Source: a virus
Lineage: Duplodnaviria > Heunggongvirae > Uroviricota > Caudoviricetes
IMG/VR virus record: IMGVR_UViG_2778261689_000003
Strand: one strand, 5' to 3'
Length of the DNA: 8,891 nucleotides
In this document: piece by piece, positions 1-7,158 of the stretch
Layout of the letters: every line of letters begins with the position of its first letter
Position numbering within the stretch: the first letter of the stretch is position 1
Made by a program: the position numbers and the translations under genes
Notes under the pieces: generated by a model
The model's database searches: none
What the model was told of the DNA's origin: nothing
What the model saw: the letters and a program-made list of their open reading frames with translations, nothing else

Positions 1-342
1 CTAATCGTGGGGGCAGGTCAGGAGTGCTATGTATATAATGCTATTTCTTAATTCAACAAACTTAATATTCTCAGCAATTAGATTTGAAAATGCACTCTCA
101 ATCATAATAGATAAATCAAAGCGACTTGCAGGAATGAGCCTTAAAAACTGCCATGGCTTTAAATAATCCACTAGTGATCTTGCTGGGTGTGTTACATTCA
201 AGTCAGTATCTATATTAAAGTGTTCAGGCATTTCAATAATATTTTTTTCTAGGACCCCCCTAATTACTTGAGTGCTTACCAATCCATTCAAATGAACATG
301 TAATTCTCCTTTATCCATCATTCGAGCTTCGTAAAGATCCAT
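1..342 (-). CDS. Adenosine/AMP-deaminase-fold (amidohydrolase superfamily) protein, N-terminal segment only (about 113 aa); possible truncated gene or pseudogene
   Basis: The supplied ORF 1..390 (-) contains the metal-binding signature ELHVHLNG near its N-terminus and ends in KFVELRNS, which matches the first ~110 residues of adenosine deaminase family proteins (E. coli Add has HRHLDG ... YVELRFSP). The in-frame stop TAG is the reverse complement of window positions 1-3, so the product is far shorter than the ~330 aa family. I prefer the start at the ATG complementary to 340-342 (SD-like AAGGT 7 nt upstream on the - strand) over the ORF-track start at 390, whose first 16 codons are Lys-rich AT-rich sequence. 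The locus is visibly AT-rich. Confidence 0.45.
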   Translation of the reverse strand: MDLYEARMMDKGELHVHLNGLVSTQVIRGVLEKNIIEMPEHFNIDTDLNVTHPARSLVDYLKPWQFLRLIPASRFDLSIMIESAFSNLIAENIKFVELRNSIIYIALLTCPHD

Positions 343-391
343 TTTAATTACCTTATATATCCAAACTCTTAATTTTCTCTTTTTTACCATA

Positions 392-401
392 GGATTAATC
401 C
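392..401. promoter_or_regulatory. Perfect 10-bp palindrome GGATTAATCC in the divergent intergenic region; candidate operator
   Basis: Read directly: GGATTAATCC is its own reverse complement. It lies between the deaminase-fold ORF and the TetR-like gene. The half-site GGATTAA recurs at 521-527. Confidence 0.25.
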
Positions 402-529
402 AAAATAAAGACCTTGTTGACTAAACCCTCATGTACAAAATGCACACTTACTCAAAAGGATCTGGAGGCAATCTCGACCTCCATGATTTAGTTCCTAGGG
501 ATAAGCAGAAATCTAGCACTGGATTAAAA

Positions 530-558
530 TTTAAAAATAATAATCAATAGGTTATAAT
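530..558 (+). promoter_or_regulatory. Candidate sigma70 promoter for the TetR-like gene (-35 TTTAAA at 530-535, 17-bp spacer, -10 TATAAT at 553-558)
   Basis: Perfect -10 hexamer TATAAT at 553-558; the -35 matches TTGACA at 4 of 6 positions with a 17-bp spacer. Sequence pattern only, no expression evidence. Confidence 0.25.
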
Positions 559-643
559 GGTTTTTATTCGCATCCATGGGATCTGCTGCTGCCCGCATGA
601 TGTTGGATGCGACGGCGCTGGCACGACCTCACCCGGTGAAACG

Positions 644-1090
644 ATGAAACGCGAAAGGGTTGTTCTTCGGGAAGGTGCAGTTGGACTTTCAATCGATGAC
701 GTTGCAAAAGAGGCTGGCGTCAGTAAGGCAACGGTAATGTACGATCATAAGTCAAAGCAAGATTTGCTCAGCGATCTCATCAGTCGCCTTATGCCAGTAG
801 AGGAGGAACGTGTTCAGCAAGCGATAGCGGAAAGTAATAATACCCCACATCCCGCACTCTATGGGCGAATTATTTCAGCCAGTAATGCTCTCAGTCATAC
901 TGAGAGAGCAGTAGTGCTGGCGGTCAGCGAATCGTTAACTAACGATACGAATATCAGGGACACCATGCGTTCCTGCACAAACAAAGATTTGGATGAGATA
1001 AAAAGAGGACCAAAACCAGACGTTGCCGTCCTGGTATATTTGGCGTTATCTGGTATCTACTGCCAAGAATTTTTTGATTTTTACAAATGA
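644..1090 (+). CDS. TetR-family-like HTH transcriptional regulator (short, about 148 aa)
   Basis: The segment LSIDDVAKEAGVSKATVMYDHKSKQDLLSDL matches the TetR N-terminal HTH signature (compare TetR [30 protein letters not shown]). Start chosen at ATG 644 (MKRERV), because the ORF-track start at 557 encodes an atypical Cys-rich leader (ICCCPHDVGCDG) and overlaps the candidate promoter. Helix 1 looks shortened and the C-terminal domain is small, so the protein may be degenerate. Stop TGA at 1088-1090. Confidence 0.55.
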   Translation: MKRERVVLREGAVGLSIDDVAKEAGVSKATVMYDHKSKQDLLSDLISRLMPVEEERVQQAIAESNNTPHPALYGRIISASNALSHTERAVVLAVSESLTNDTNIRDTMRSCTNKDLDEIKRGPKPDVAVLVYLALSGIYCQEFFDFYK

Positions 1091-1363
1091 TCTCCTGGCG
1101 AGCGAGATAAAATTATCGAAGGCATTCGCTGTTTGTATGAATCATACCCTTACAAGTCTGAATAAATAATGTCTCCGGGAATGACATTTCATGTGCGACT
1201 AATTCGCGATATTCCTATACGTAAAGGTCCGCTTTTGGCACAAAGTGGACAACCACGCTAGCTCTACCCTGTGCCACAAAATGTCAATTTGCATCTGAAC
1301 TAATGCACTTTAATCTCGTCACTTCAATAAATACCGAACATCCCCCTGATAAAACGACAATAT

Positions 1364-1741
1364 TCACTGCATAACTTCACTCTTCAGGCACTCGCGACAG
1401 ATTATGTTCAGACGCCTGTCGTAACGGCGTATTTCTCCGTCTGGTAATGACCAGATAAGGTCAGGATCAACCACAACCGGTTTCTTCACCTTTGTCCTTG
1501 ATAGTTTTTTGCGGGCGTTTTGCCAGTCTTTACGCGCCTGCTCAGACGGGAATAATCCGTAGCCTGAATTGTAAACATCACCACTGGCGACTAGTTCTCT
1601 GGCGAGAGTGCTTATGTAATACCTTGATGCACCGGTTTTAGCCTCCAGAGCCCGTAACGTCTCGCGACCGCTCAGAGGTACAAGTTCAACAACCTGTCCT
1701 TTAATTTTTTCTCGCTCTTCTGGTGTAAATACTTTTGCCAT
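1364..1741 (-). CDS. Hypothetical protein (125 aa) with an HTH-like segment; last gene of the leftward operon
   Basis: ORF-track frame 1364..1756 (-). Position 1754-1756 is a TTG codon, not ATG; the first ATG is complementary to 1739-1741 and is preceded by GGAGG at 5-nt spacing. The segment RETLRALEAKTGASRYYISTLAREL looks like an HTH. It starts 16 nt after the upstream gene's stop (1757-1759). No family recognised. Confidence 0.6.
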   Translation of the reverse strand: MAKVFTPEEREKIKGQVVELVPLSGRETLRALEAKTGASRYYISTLARELVASGDVYNSGYGLFPSEQARKDWQNARKKLSRTKVKKPVVVDPDLIWSLPDGEIRRYDRRLNIICRECLKSEVMQ

Positions 1742-1756
1742 AGGTGCCTCCGGCAA

Positions 1757-2518
1757 TCACTTTTCCGATGCAACATGGCGGGAAGAATCAGTAATCTGTC
1801 GTACAATATCCCTGTGCTTGTTCAACTCACGCAGCGCGGCGCAGACACGCTCCCACTTCTGGACATGATTTTTCGCCCGACGCAGTTCGCGGTTTGCCAT
1901 ATGCAGTGATGGTAAAACCAGGTCATCCGCTCGCGTTTCAGTAAACGATGGCAGCGACTGCACAATGTCCGCCACAGTTTCTGTTTTAATATCTTCCTGT
2001 GTTGCAGCCTCCTGTACTGGTAACGCAACACCTGCGGTCTGAGGAAAGGCCTTACCATCAGTTTCCGCTACCGATGCTGCTTTCGGCTCTGCTGGTAAAT
2101 TATCGCCCGGTATGCAGTAACGAAATTTACCGCCCTGATTTACGCGAATCAGACGACCTTTGCTGATTGCCATTGCCAGCGTTGAAGCCACTTTGCGTGA
2201 TGTGGTACCAAACAATGTAGCCAGCTCATCAGCCGTTTGTGGTCCTCGTTGTTCAATCGTCGCGGTTAAATCGCACTCTGAGATTTTCGCTACTGTTGCT
2301 GTGGTGATTTCTTCCGGCAGTTCTGCCTGCGCTGGCTGTTCCTGCTGAACATTGTTATCAGCCACACGCCAGGTGTACGCGCTTTTATCAACAAAACCAG
2401 CCTTTTTCAGTTCCCATAGTTCGTTCAGCACTTCTTCACGACTGATATCAAGTCGCGCAGCAAGTTCTATGGATGTGGCTTCTCCCATTGCTTTCAGTGC
2501 GTCAAAAACAGTCTCCAT
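1757..2518 (-). CDS. Hypothetical protein with two tandem winged-helix-like domains and a C-terminal helical region (253 aa from preferred start)
   Basis: ORF-track frame 1757..2569 (-). Preferred start is the ATG complementary to 2516-2518 ([13 protein letters not shown]), with GGGAGA 8 nt upstream and no overlap with the DnaC-like gene; the alternative ATG at 2569 would overlap that gene by 29 nt. Two wHTH-like segments are visible ([40 protein letters not shown] and [29 protein letters not shown]). Function unknown. Confidence 0.6.
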   Translation of the reverse strand: METVFDALKAMGEATSIELAARLDISREEVLNELWELKKAGFVDKSAYTWRVADNNVQQEQPAQAELPEEITTATVAKISECDLTATIEQRGPQTADELATLFGTTSRKVASTLAMAISKGRLIRVNQGGKFRYCIPGDNLPAEPKAASVAETDGKAFPQTAGVALPVQEAATQEDIKTETVADIVQSLPSFTETRADDLVLPSLHMANRELRRAKNHVQKWERVCAALRELNKHRDIVRQITDSSRHVASEK

Positions 2519-2540
2519 TAAATTTTTCTCCCGGTAAAAA

Positions 2541-3287
2541 TTACTTCGCAATTCCTGGCTGGACGACATTCGGACGCCAGCTCTCCCAGTTAAAATTCAC
2601 CCATCGCCCGCCGTTCATGGTCATGCGATCCATAATCCGCTCGCCGAGCAATGTTTTCATGGCCTCATAGTTCAGGTTTGTCAGCATCCCCACGCTGCGC
2701 ATCGACGCTGTCCGGCGATCAACAATCTGGTGCAGTACCACCTGCTCGTTTTTCGTCTCGCGCTGAATGCCAATTTCATCAAGAACCAGCAGATCCACTT
2801 CGCACAGTTCCCGCAAAAATTTTTCGCCTGACTGCCCATCGTCATAGCTGGCGTGCAGGGCACTCATAACATCAGCCACGGTAACCACAATCACTGTCTG
2901 ACCGTCTTTCAGCAGGCGATTCCCGATAGCTGCCGCTAAGTGGTTCTTCCCGGTACCAGGTTTTCCGCTGAACGCAAAATTTGTACACCCGATCATCAGT
3001 TCATCAGCGATGGATTTCGCCTGACTCAACGCGTATCGCTGCCCTTCGTTCTGCACCTGGTAATTCGAAAACGAGCATTTGCGGTGCAATGGCTGGATGC
3101 CAGAGCGATTCAGAATTTTTTCCACCCGCAACTGACGATTCTGACGGTTGATCTCCTCACAACGTTTCTGGCCTTCGGAAAGTTGCCACTCGCGCCACTC
3201 CGCTACCGTCTTGAATGGCGCGGTTACATGTGACGGGGCCAGTCTGCGGATACGTTCAAGAACATCGCCTGTCGCAATATTTTTCAT
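2541..3287 (-). CDS. DnaC-like AAA+ helicase loader (phage replication protein, Rac YdaV-like), 248 aa
   Basis: Walker [18 protein letters not shown] and Walker [10 protein letters not shown] are present. The whole length is collinear with E. coli DnaC as I recall it (N-terminal PFKT, NRSGI.PLH, SF.NY, MLTN.N.EEM..LLGER.MDRM). ATG complementary to 3285-3287; stop complementary to 2541-2543. Confidence 0.9.
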   Translation of the reverse strand: MKNIATGDVLERIRRLAPSHVTAPFKTVAEWREWQLSEGQKRCEEINRQNRQLRVEKILNRSGIQPLHRKCSFSNYQVQNEGQRYALSQAKSIADELMIGCTNFAFSGKPGTGKNHLAAAIGNRLLKDGQTVIVVTVADVMSALHASYDDGQSGEKFLRELCEVDLLVLDEIGIQRETKNEQVVLHQIVDRRTASMRSVGMLTNLNYEAMKTLLGERIMDRMTMNGGRWVNFNWESWRPNVVQPGIAK

Positions 3288-3293
3288 GGTCAG

Positions 3294-4082
3294 TTACCCC
3301 CTGAAGCCTGGCGGGATCGCACTATCCGGTAACGAGACGGTGTTAACCTGTCGGAGTAACGTCTCAGGTCGAACACCTTTCGGCGCGAACAAGCCCTGGT
3401 ATTCATTGGCGATGCTGTGTCGAATCACCTGCTCAGGTGAAAAACCCTGCTGGCGGAATTTTTCCAGCTCCCGTATCGCCCCGTTAGCGCCCTGCTCCGT
3501 TCGAATCGGTTTTCGCAATGCCTGGCGAAATTCAACCCACTCACGCCAAAGCGAGACAGAAATCCAGTTCGGCAAAGTAATATCCAGAGGGTCAAACTTT
3601 TTGACACCTCGATTCCCCCGGGGGGGATTTAGGGGGGGATCTGTTTTTAGATCTTTATCTGTATCTTTATTAGTTGCCTTTGTGTTGACATCATGTTCAA
3701 ACACCACTTCAACATCTGTTTGAACACCTGTTAAATTTCTCTCTTGTTTTGTTTGAACATCTGCTTCCTTTCTGCTTCTTCTGGCCTGAACAGATGCTTT
3801 TCCTGCGGCTGATTTTTTGGTTAATTTTTCCCTGACTGATGCCAGATCTTCCTCAATCCGAAGATGCACCCATTCCTCGCCGTTATCGCAAAAAAACTCC
3901 TGCAAGGATGGTTCAACATCAGCCCATCGCTCGTTAGTCAGACGGGCAATTTTTGCCAGCCTGTTTTTAGGTATTGGCTTTCCTGTTTGCCAGTAATTGA
4001 ACATCAGCAACAAATACGCACCATGCTCCTCTGCTGACAAATGCATGGTGTCAGCCAGGTAATCAGCTATGTACAGTTGCAT
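3294..4082 (-). CDS. DUF1376-type (Rac YdaU-like) putative phage replication initiator/organiser, 262 aa
   Basis: N-terminus [34 protein letters not shown] fits my recollection of the DUF1376 N-terminal domain. A charged low-complexity linker precedes a C-terminal W-rich domain ([19 protein letters not shown]...). It sits immediately upstream of the DnaC-like gene with a 6-nt gap, the position held by ydaU in K-12 Rac. ATG complementary to 4080-4082, with AGGA 9 nt upstream. Confidence 0.75.
   Translation of the reverse strand: MQLYIADYLADTMHLSAEEHGAYLLLMFNYWQTGKPIPKNRLAKIARLTNERWADVEPSLQEFFCDNGEEWVHLRIEEDLASVREKLTKKSAAGKASVQARRSRKEADVQTKQERNLTGVQTDVEVVFEHDVNTKATNKDTDKDLKTDPPLNPPRGNRGVKKFDPLDITLPNWISVSLWREWVEFRQALRKPIRTEQGANGAIRELEKFRQQGFSPEQVIRHSIANEYQGLFAPKGVRPETLLRQVNTVSLPDSAIPPGFRG
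3693..3796. repeat. Iteron-like cluster of related 9-13 bp motifs (GTTTGAACA[C/T]CTG and relatives) in direct and inverted orientation, inside the YdaU-like coding region
   Basis: Read directly: ATGTTCAAACA 3693-3703 (inverted), TTCAACATCTG 3708-3718, GTTTGAACACCTG 3718-3730, GTTTGAACATCTG 3751-3763, TGAACAGATG 3787-3796 (inverted). An AT-rich segment with ATCTTTAT x2 (3651-3670) and C/G homopolymer tracts (3615-3638) follow on the gene's downstream side. Confidence 0.4.
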
Positions 4083-6105
4083 GTATGGTAATCCTGGTAA
4101 TTCAAACCTGGGACTGATAACTGCTTTTTTCGAAGCATACCTGAACGCTGACTACACCGATCGAGGACTGCTGACAAAAGAGTGGATGAAGGGTTATCGT
4201 GTTTCACACATCACTCGCACGGCTTCCGGTGCTAATGCTGGCGGCGGAAACCTCACCGATCGCGGCGAAGGTTTCGTACACGATCTGACGTCACTGGCGC
4301 GCGACGTAGCCACTGGCGTACTGGCCCGTTCAATGGATCTGGACATCTATAACCTTCATCCGGCACACGCTAAACGCATTGAGGAAATTATCGCTGAAAA
4401 TAAACCGCCCTTTTCTGTTTTCCGCGACAAATTCATCACCATGCCTGGCGGGCTGGATTATTCCCGCGCCATCGTGGTTGCGTCCGTAAAAGAAGCACCA
4501 ATTGGGATCGAGGTCATCCCCGCGCACGTCACTGAATATCTGAACAAAGTACTGACTGAAACCGATCATGCCAACCCTGATCCGGAAATCGTGGATATTG
4601 CCTGCGGTCGCTCCTCTGCCCCGATGCCGCAGCGAGTAACAGAAGAAGGAAAACAGGATGATGAAGAAAAACCGCAACCATCTGGAACAACGGCAGTTGA
4701 ACAGGGAGAGGCTGAAACAATGGAACCGGACGCAACTGAACATCATCAGGACACGCAGCCGCTGGATGCTCAGTCACAGGTAAATTCTGTTGATGCGAAA
4801 TATCAGGAACTGCGGGCAGAACTCCATGAAGCCCGGAAAAACATTCCATCAAAAAATCCTGTCGATGACGATAAATTGCTTGCTGCATCACGTGGTGAAT
4901 TTGTTGACGGAATTAGCGACCCGAACGATCCGAAATGGGTAAAGGGGATCCAGACTCGCGATTGTGTGTACCAGAACCAGCCAGAAACGGAAAAAACCAG
5001 CCCAGATATGAATCAACCTGAGCCAGTAGTGCAACAGGAACCGGAAATAGCCTGCAATGCCTGCGGCCAGACTGGCGGGGATAACTGCCCTGACTGTGGT
5101 GCGGTGATGGGCGACGCAACATACCAGGAAACATTCGATGAAGAGAGTCAGGTTGAAGCTAAGGAAAATGATCCGGAGGAAATGGAAGGCGCTGAACATC
5201 CGCACAATGAGAATGCTGGCAGCGATCCGCATCGCGATTGCAGTGATGAAACTGGCGAAGTCGCAGATCCCGTAATCGTAGAAGACATAGAGCCAGGTAT
5301 TTATTACGGAATTTCGAATGAGAATTACCACGCGGGTCCCGGTATCAGTAAGTCTCAGCTCGATGACATTGCTGATACTCCGGCACTATATTTGTGGCGT
5401 AAAAATGCCCCCGTGGACACCACAAAGACAAAAACGCTCGATTTAGGAACTGCTTTCCACTGCCGGGTACTTGAACCGGAAGAATTCAGTAACCGCTTTA
5501 TCGTAGCACCTGAATTTAACCGCCGTACAAACGCCGGAAAAGAAGAAGAGAAAGCGTTTCTGATGGAATGCGCAAGCACAGGAAAAACGGTTATCACTGC
5601 GGAAGAAGGCCGGAAAATTGAACTCATGTATCAAAGCGTTATGGCTTTGCCGCTGGGGCAATGGCTTGTTAAAAGCGCCGGACACGCTGAATCATCAATT
5701 TACTGGGAAGATCCTGAAACAGGAATTTTGTGTCGGTGCCGTCCGGACAAAATTATCCCTGAATTTCACTGGATCATGGACGTGAAAACTACGGCGGATA
5801 TTCAACGATTCAAAACCGCTTATTACGACTACCGCTATCACGTTCAGGATGCATTCTACAGTGACGGTTATGAAGCACAGTTTGGAGTGCAGCCAACTTT
5901 CGTTTTTCTGGTTGCCAGCACAACTATTGAATGCGGACGTTATCCGGTTGAAATTTTCATGATGGGCGAAGAAGCAAAACTGGCAGGTCAACAGGAATAT
6001 CACCGCAATCTGCGAACCCTGTCTGACTGCCTGAATACCGATGAATGGCCAGCTATTAAGACATTATCACTGCCCCGCTGGGCTAAGGAATATGCAAATG
6101 ACTAA
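4069..6105 (+). CDS. recE: Exodeoxyribonuclease VIII (RecE), 5'-truncated form (678 aa ORF) retaining the C-terminal nuclease domain
   Basis: The translation matches E. coli Rac RecE as I remember it, from ...[17 protein letters not shown] through the acidic linker, a CxxC-x7-CxxC zinc ribbon ([16 protein letters not shown], nt 5053-5097) and the C-terminal end ...[12 protein letters not shown]. Full-length K-12 RecE is 866 aa, so roughly the first 190 residues are absent (approximate, from memory). The frame is closed upstream by TAA at 4060-4062; the first ATGs are 4069 and 4081, neither with a convincing SD. Stop TAA at 6103-6105 overlaps the recT start. Confidence 0.85.
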   Translation: MYSCMYGNPGNSNLGLITAFFEAYLNADYTDRGLLTKEWMKGYRVSHITRTASGANAGGGNLTDRGEGFVHDLTSLARDVATGVLARSMDLDIYNLHPAHAKRIEEIIAENKPPFSVFRDKFITMPGGLDYSRAIVVASVKEAPIGIEVIPAHVTEYLNKVLTETDHANPDPEIVDIACGRSSAPMPQRVTEEGKQDDEEKPQPSGTTAVEQGEAETMEPDATEHHQDTQPLDAQSQVNSVDAKYQELRAELHEARKNIPSKNPVDDDKLLAASRGEFVDGISDPNDPKWVKGIQTRDCVYQNQPETEKTSPDMNQPEPVVQQEPEIACNACGQTGGDNCPDCGAVMGDATYQETFDEESQVEAKENDPEEMEGAEHPHNENAGSDPHRDCSDETGEVADPVIVEDIEPGIYYGISNENYHAGPGISKSQLDDIADTPALYLWRKNAPVDTTKTKTLDLGTAFHCRVLEPEEFSNRFIVAPEFNRRTNAGKEEEKAFLMECASTGKTVITAEEGRKIELMYQSVMALPLGQWLVKSAGHAESSIYWEDPETGILCRCRPDKIIPEFHWIMDVKTTADIQRFKTAYYDYRYHVQDAFYSDGYEAQFGVQPTFVFLVASTTIECGRYPVEIFMMGEEAKLAGQQEYHRNLRTLSDCLNTDEWPAIKTLSLPRWAKEYAND

Positions 6106-6907
6106 GCAACCACCAATCGCAAAAGCCGATCTGCAAAAAACTCAGGGAAACCGTGCACCAGCAGCAGTTAAAAATAGCGACGTGATTAGTTTTATTAACC
6201 AGCCATCAATGAAAGAGCAACTGGCAGCAGCTCTTCCACGCCATATGACGGCTGAACGTATGATCCGTATCGCCACCACAGAAATTCGTAAAGTTCCGGC
6301 GTTAGGAAACTGTGACACTATGAGTTTTGTCAGTGCGATCGTACAGTGTTCACAGCTCGGACTTGAGCCAGGTAGCGCCCTCGGTCATGCATATTTACTG
6401 CCTTTTGGTAATAAAAACGAAAAGAGCGGTAAAAAGAACGTTCAGCTAATCATTGGCTATCGCGGCATGATTGATCTGGCTCGCCGTTCTGGTCAAATCG
6501 CCAGCCTGTCAGCCCGTGTTGTCCGTGAAGGTGACGAGTTTAGCTTCGAATTTGGCCTTGATGAAAAGTTAATACACCGCCCGGGAGAAAACGAAGATGC
6601 CCCGGTTACCCACGTCTATGCTGTCGCAAGACTGAAAGACGGAGGTACTCAGTTTGAAGTTATGACGCGCAAACAGATTGAGCTGGTGCGCAGCCTGAGT
6701 AAAGCTGGTAATAACGGGCCGTGGGTAACTCACTGGGAAGAAATGGCAAAGAAAACGGCTATTCGTCGCCTGTTCAAATATTTGCCCGTATCAATTGAGA
6801 TCCAGCGTGCAGTATCAATGGATGAAAAGGAACCACTGACAATCGATCCTGCAGATTCCTCTGTATTAACCGGGGAATACAGTGTAATCGATAATTCAGA
6901 GGAATAA
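6098..6907 (+). CDS. recT: RecT single-strand annealing protein, 269 aa
   Basis: The translation from [28 protein letters not shown]... to ...VIDNSEE matches E. coli Rac RecT. Start is the ATG at 6098 inside the overlap ATGACTAA with the recE stop, not the ORF-track start at 6041, which lies within recE. Stop TAA at 6905-6907. Confidence 0.95.
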   Translation: MTKQPPIAKADLQKTQGNRAPAAVKNSDVISFINQPSMKEQLAAALPRHMTAERMIRIATTEIRKVPALGNCDTMSFVSAIVQCSQLGLEPGSALGHAYLLPFGNKNEKSGKKNVQLIIGYRGMIDLARRSGQIASLSARVVREGDEFSFEFGLDEKLIHRPGENEDAPVTHVYAVARLKDGGTQFEVMTRKQIELVRSLSKAGNNGPWVTHWEEMAKKTAIRRLFKYLPVSIEIQRAVSMDEKEPLTIDPADSSVLTGEYSVIDNSEE

Positions 6908-6914
6908 TTCAGCC

Positions 6915-6950
6915 TGGCGGTGTAATGCACCGCCAACTTGAAATATTTTT
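6915..6950 (+). terminator. GC-rich stem-loop (8-bp stem TGGCGGTG/CACCGCCA, 5-nt loop) followed 9 nt later by T6; possible weak terminator or attenuator between recT and ralR
   Basis: Read directly: the stem is 6915-6922 paired with 6928-6935, and the T-run is 6945-6950. The T-tract is not immediately adjacent to the stem, so this is not a canonical intrinsic terminator. Confidence 0.25.
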
Positions 6951-6963
6951 TATGAGAAAAATT

Positions 6964-7158
6964 ATGAGATATGACAATGTTAAACCATGTCCATTTTGTG
7001 GTTGTCCATCAGTAACGGTGAAAGCCATTTCAGGATATTACCGAGCGAAGTGTAACGGATGCGAATCCCGAACCGGTTATGGTGGAAGTGAAAAAGAAGC
7101 ACTCGAAAGATGGAATAAACGAACCACTGGAAATAATAATGGAGGTGTTCATGTATAA
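6964..7158 (+). CDS. ralR: RalR / Lar-family restriction-alleviation zinc-ribbon protein (type I toxin in Rac), 64 aa
   Basis: The translation MRYDNVKPCPFCGCPSVTVKAISGYYRAKCNGCESRTGYGGSEKEALERWNKRTTGNNNGGVHV, with CxxCGC ... CxxC cysteines, matches K-12 RalR as I recall it. The start is taken at ATG 6964; the ORF-track frame extends upstream to 6925 without support. Confidence 0.85.
   Translation: MRYDNVKPCPFCGCPSVTVKAISGYYRAKCNGCESRTGYGGSEKEALERWNKRTTGNNNGGVHV

Noticed and set aside
1169-1261. 30-codon ORF (MSPGMTFHVRLIRD...) in the 1091-1363 intergenic region
   Set aside because: No SD sequence, and too short to call without conservation or expression evidence.
1233-1281. Imperfect inverted repeat TTTTGGCACA ... 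TGTGCCACAAAA, and TGGCAC as a possible sigma54 -24 element
   Set aside because: The stem is imperfect with a ~28-nt loop and no flanking U-tract, and there is no correctly spaced TTGC(A) -12 element on either strand.
1822-2058. Minus-strand 78-aa ORF in an alternative frame within the winged-helix gene
   Set aside because: Same strand but out of frame within a better-supported longer ORF; Arg/Cys-rich translation.
2681-2863. Minus-strand 60-aa ORF overlapping the DnaC-like gene in another frame
   Set aside because: Out-of-frame overlap with a gene that has strong motif support.
3425-3607. Minus-strand 60-aa ORF in an alternative frame within the YdaU-like gene
   Set aside because: Out-of-frame overlap; no independent start signals.
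2160-3723. Plus-strand ORFs 2160..2348, 2352..2537, 2473..2670, 2651..2869, 2940..3233 and 3148..3723
   Set aside because: All are antisense to the replication-module genes, which have clear Walker motifs and RBS contexts; the translations are Ser/Arg/Cys-rich, typical of a wrong frame.
4330-5331. Minus-strand ORFs 4330..4746, 4529..4891, 4888..5331 and 4913..5134 inside recE
   Set aside because: They are antisense to a well-supported RecE coding frame, overlap one another, and lie opposite the acidic GAA/GAT-rich region whose complement lacks stops. No recognisable motifs.
5355-6003. Minus-strand ORFs 5355..5627, 5443..5685 and 5695..6003
   Set aside because: Antisense to the RecE nuclease domain; low-complexity translations with no start context.
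6041-6097. Upstream extension of recT to the ORF-track start at 6041
   Set aside because: The extension lies inside the recE coding sequence. The RecT N-terminus MTKQPPIAK begins at ATG 6098, in the classic overlap with the recE stop.
6730-6936. Minus-strand 68-aa ORF overlapping the recT 3' end
   Set aside because: Antisense to recT with no support. It is only worth revisiting if the RalA sRNA maps here.
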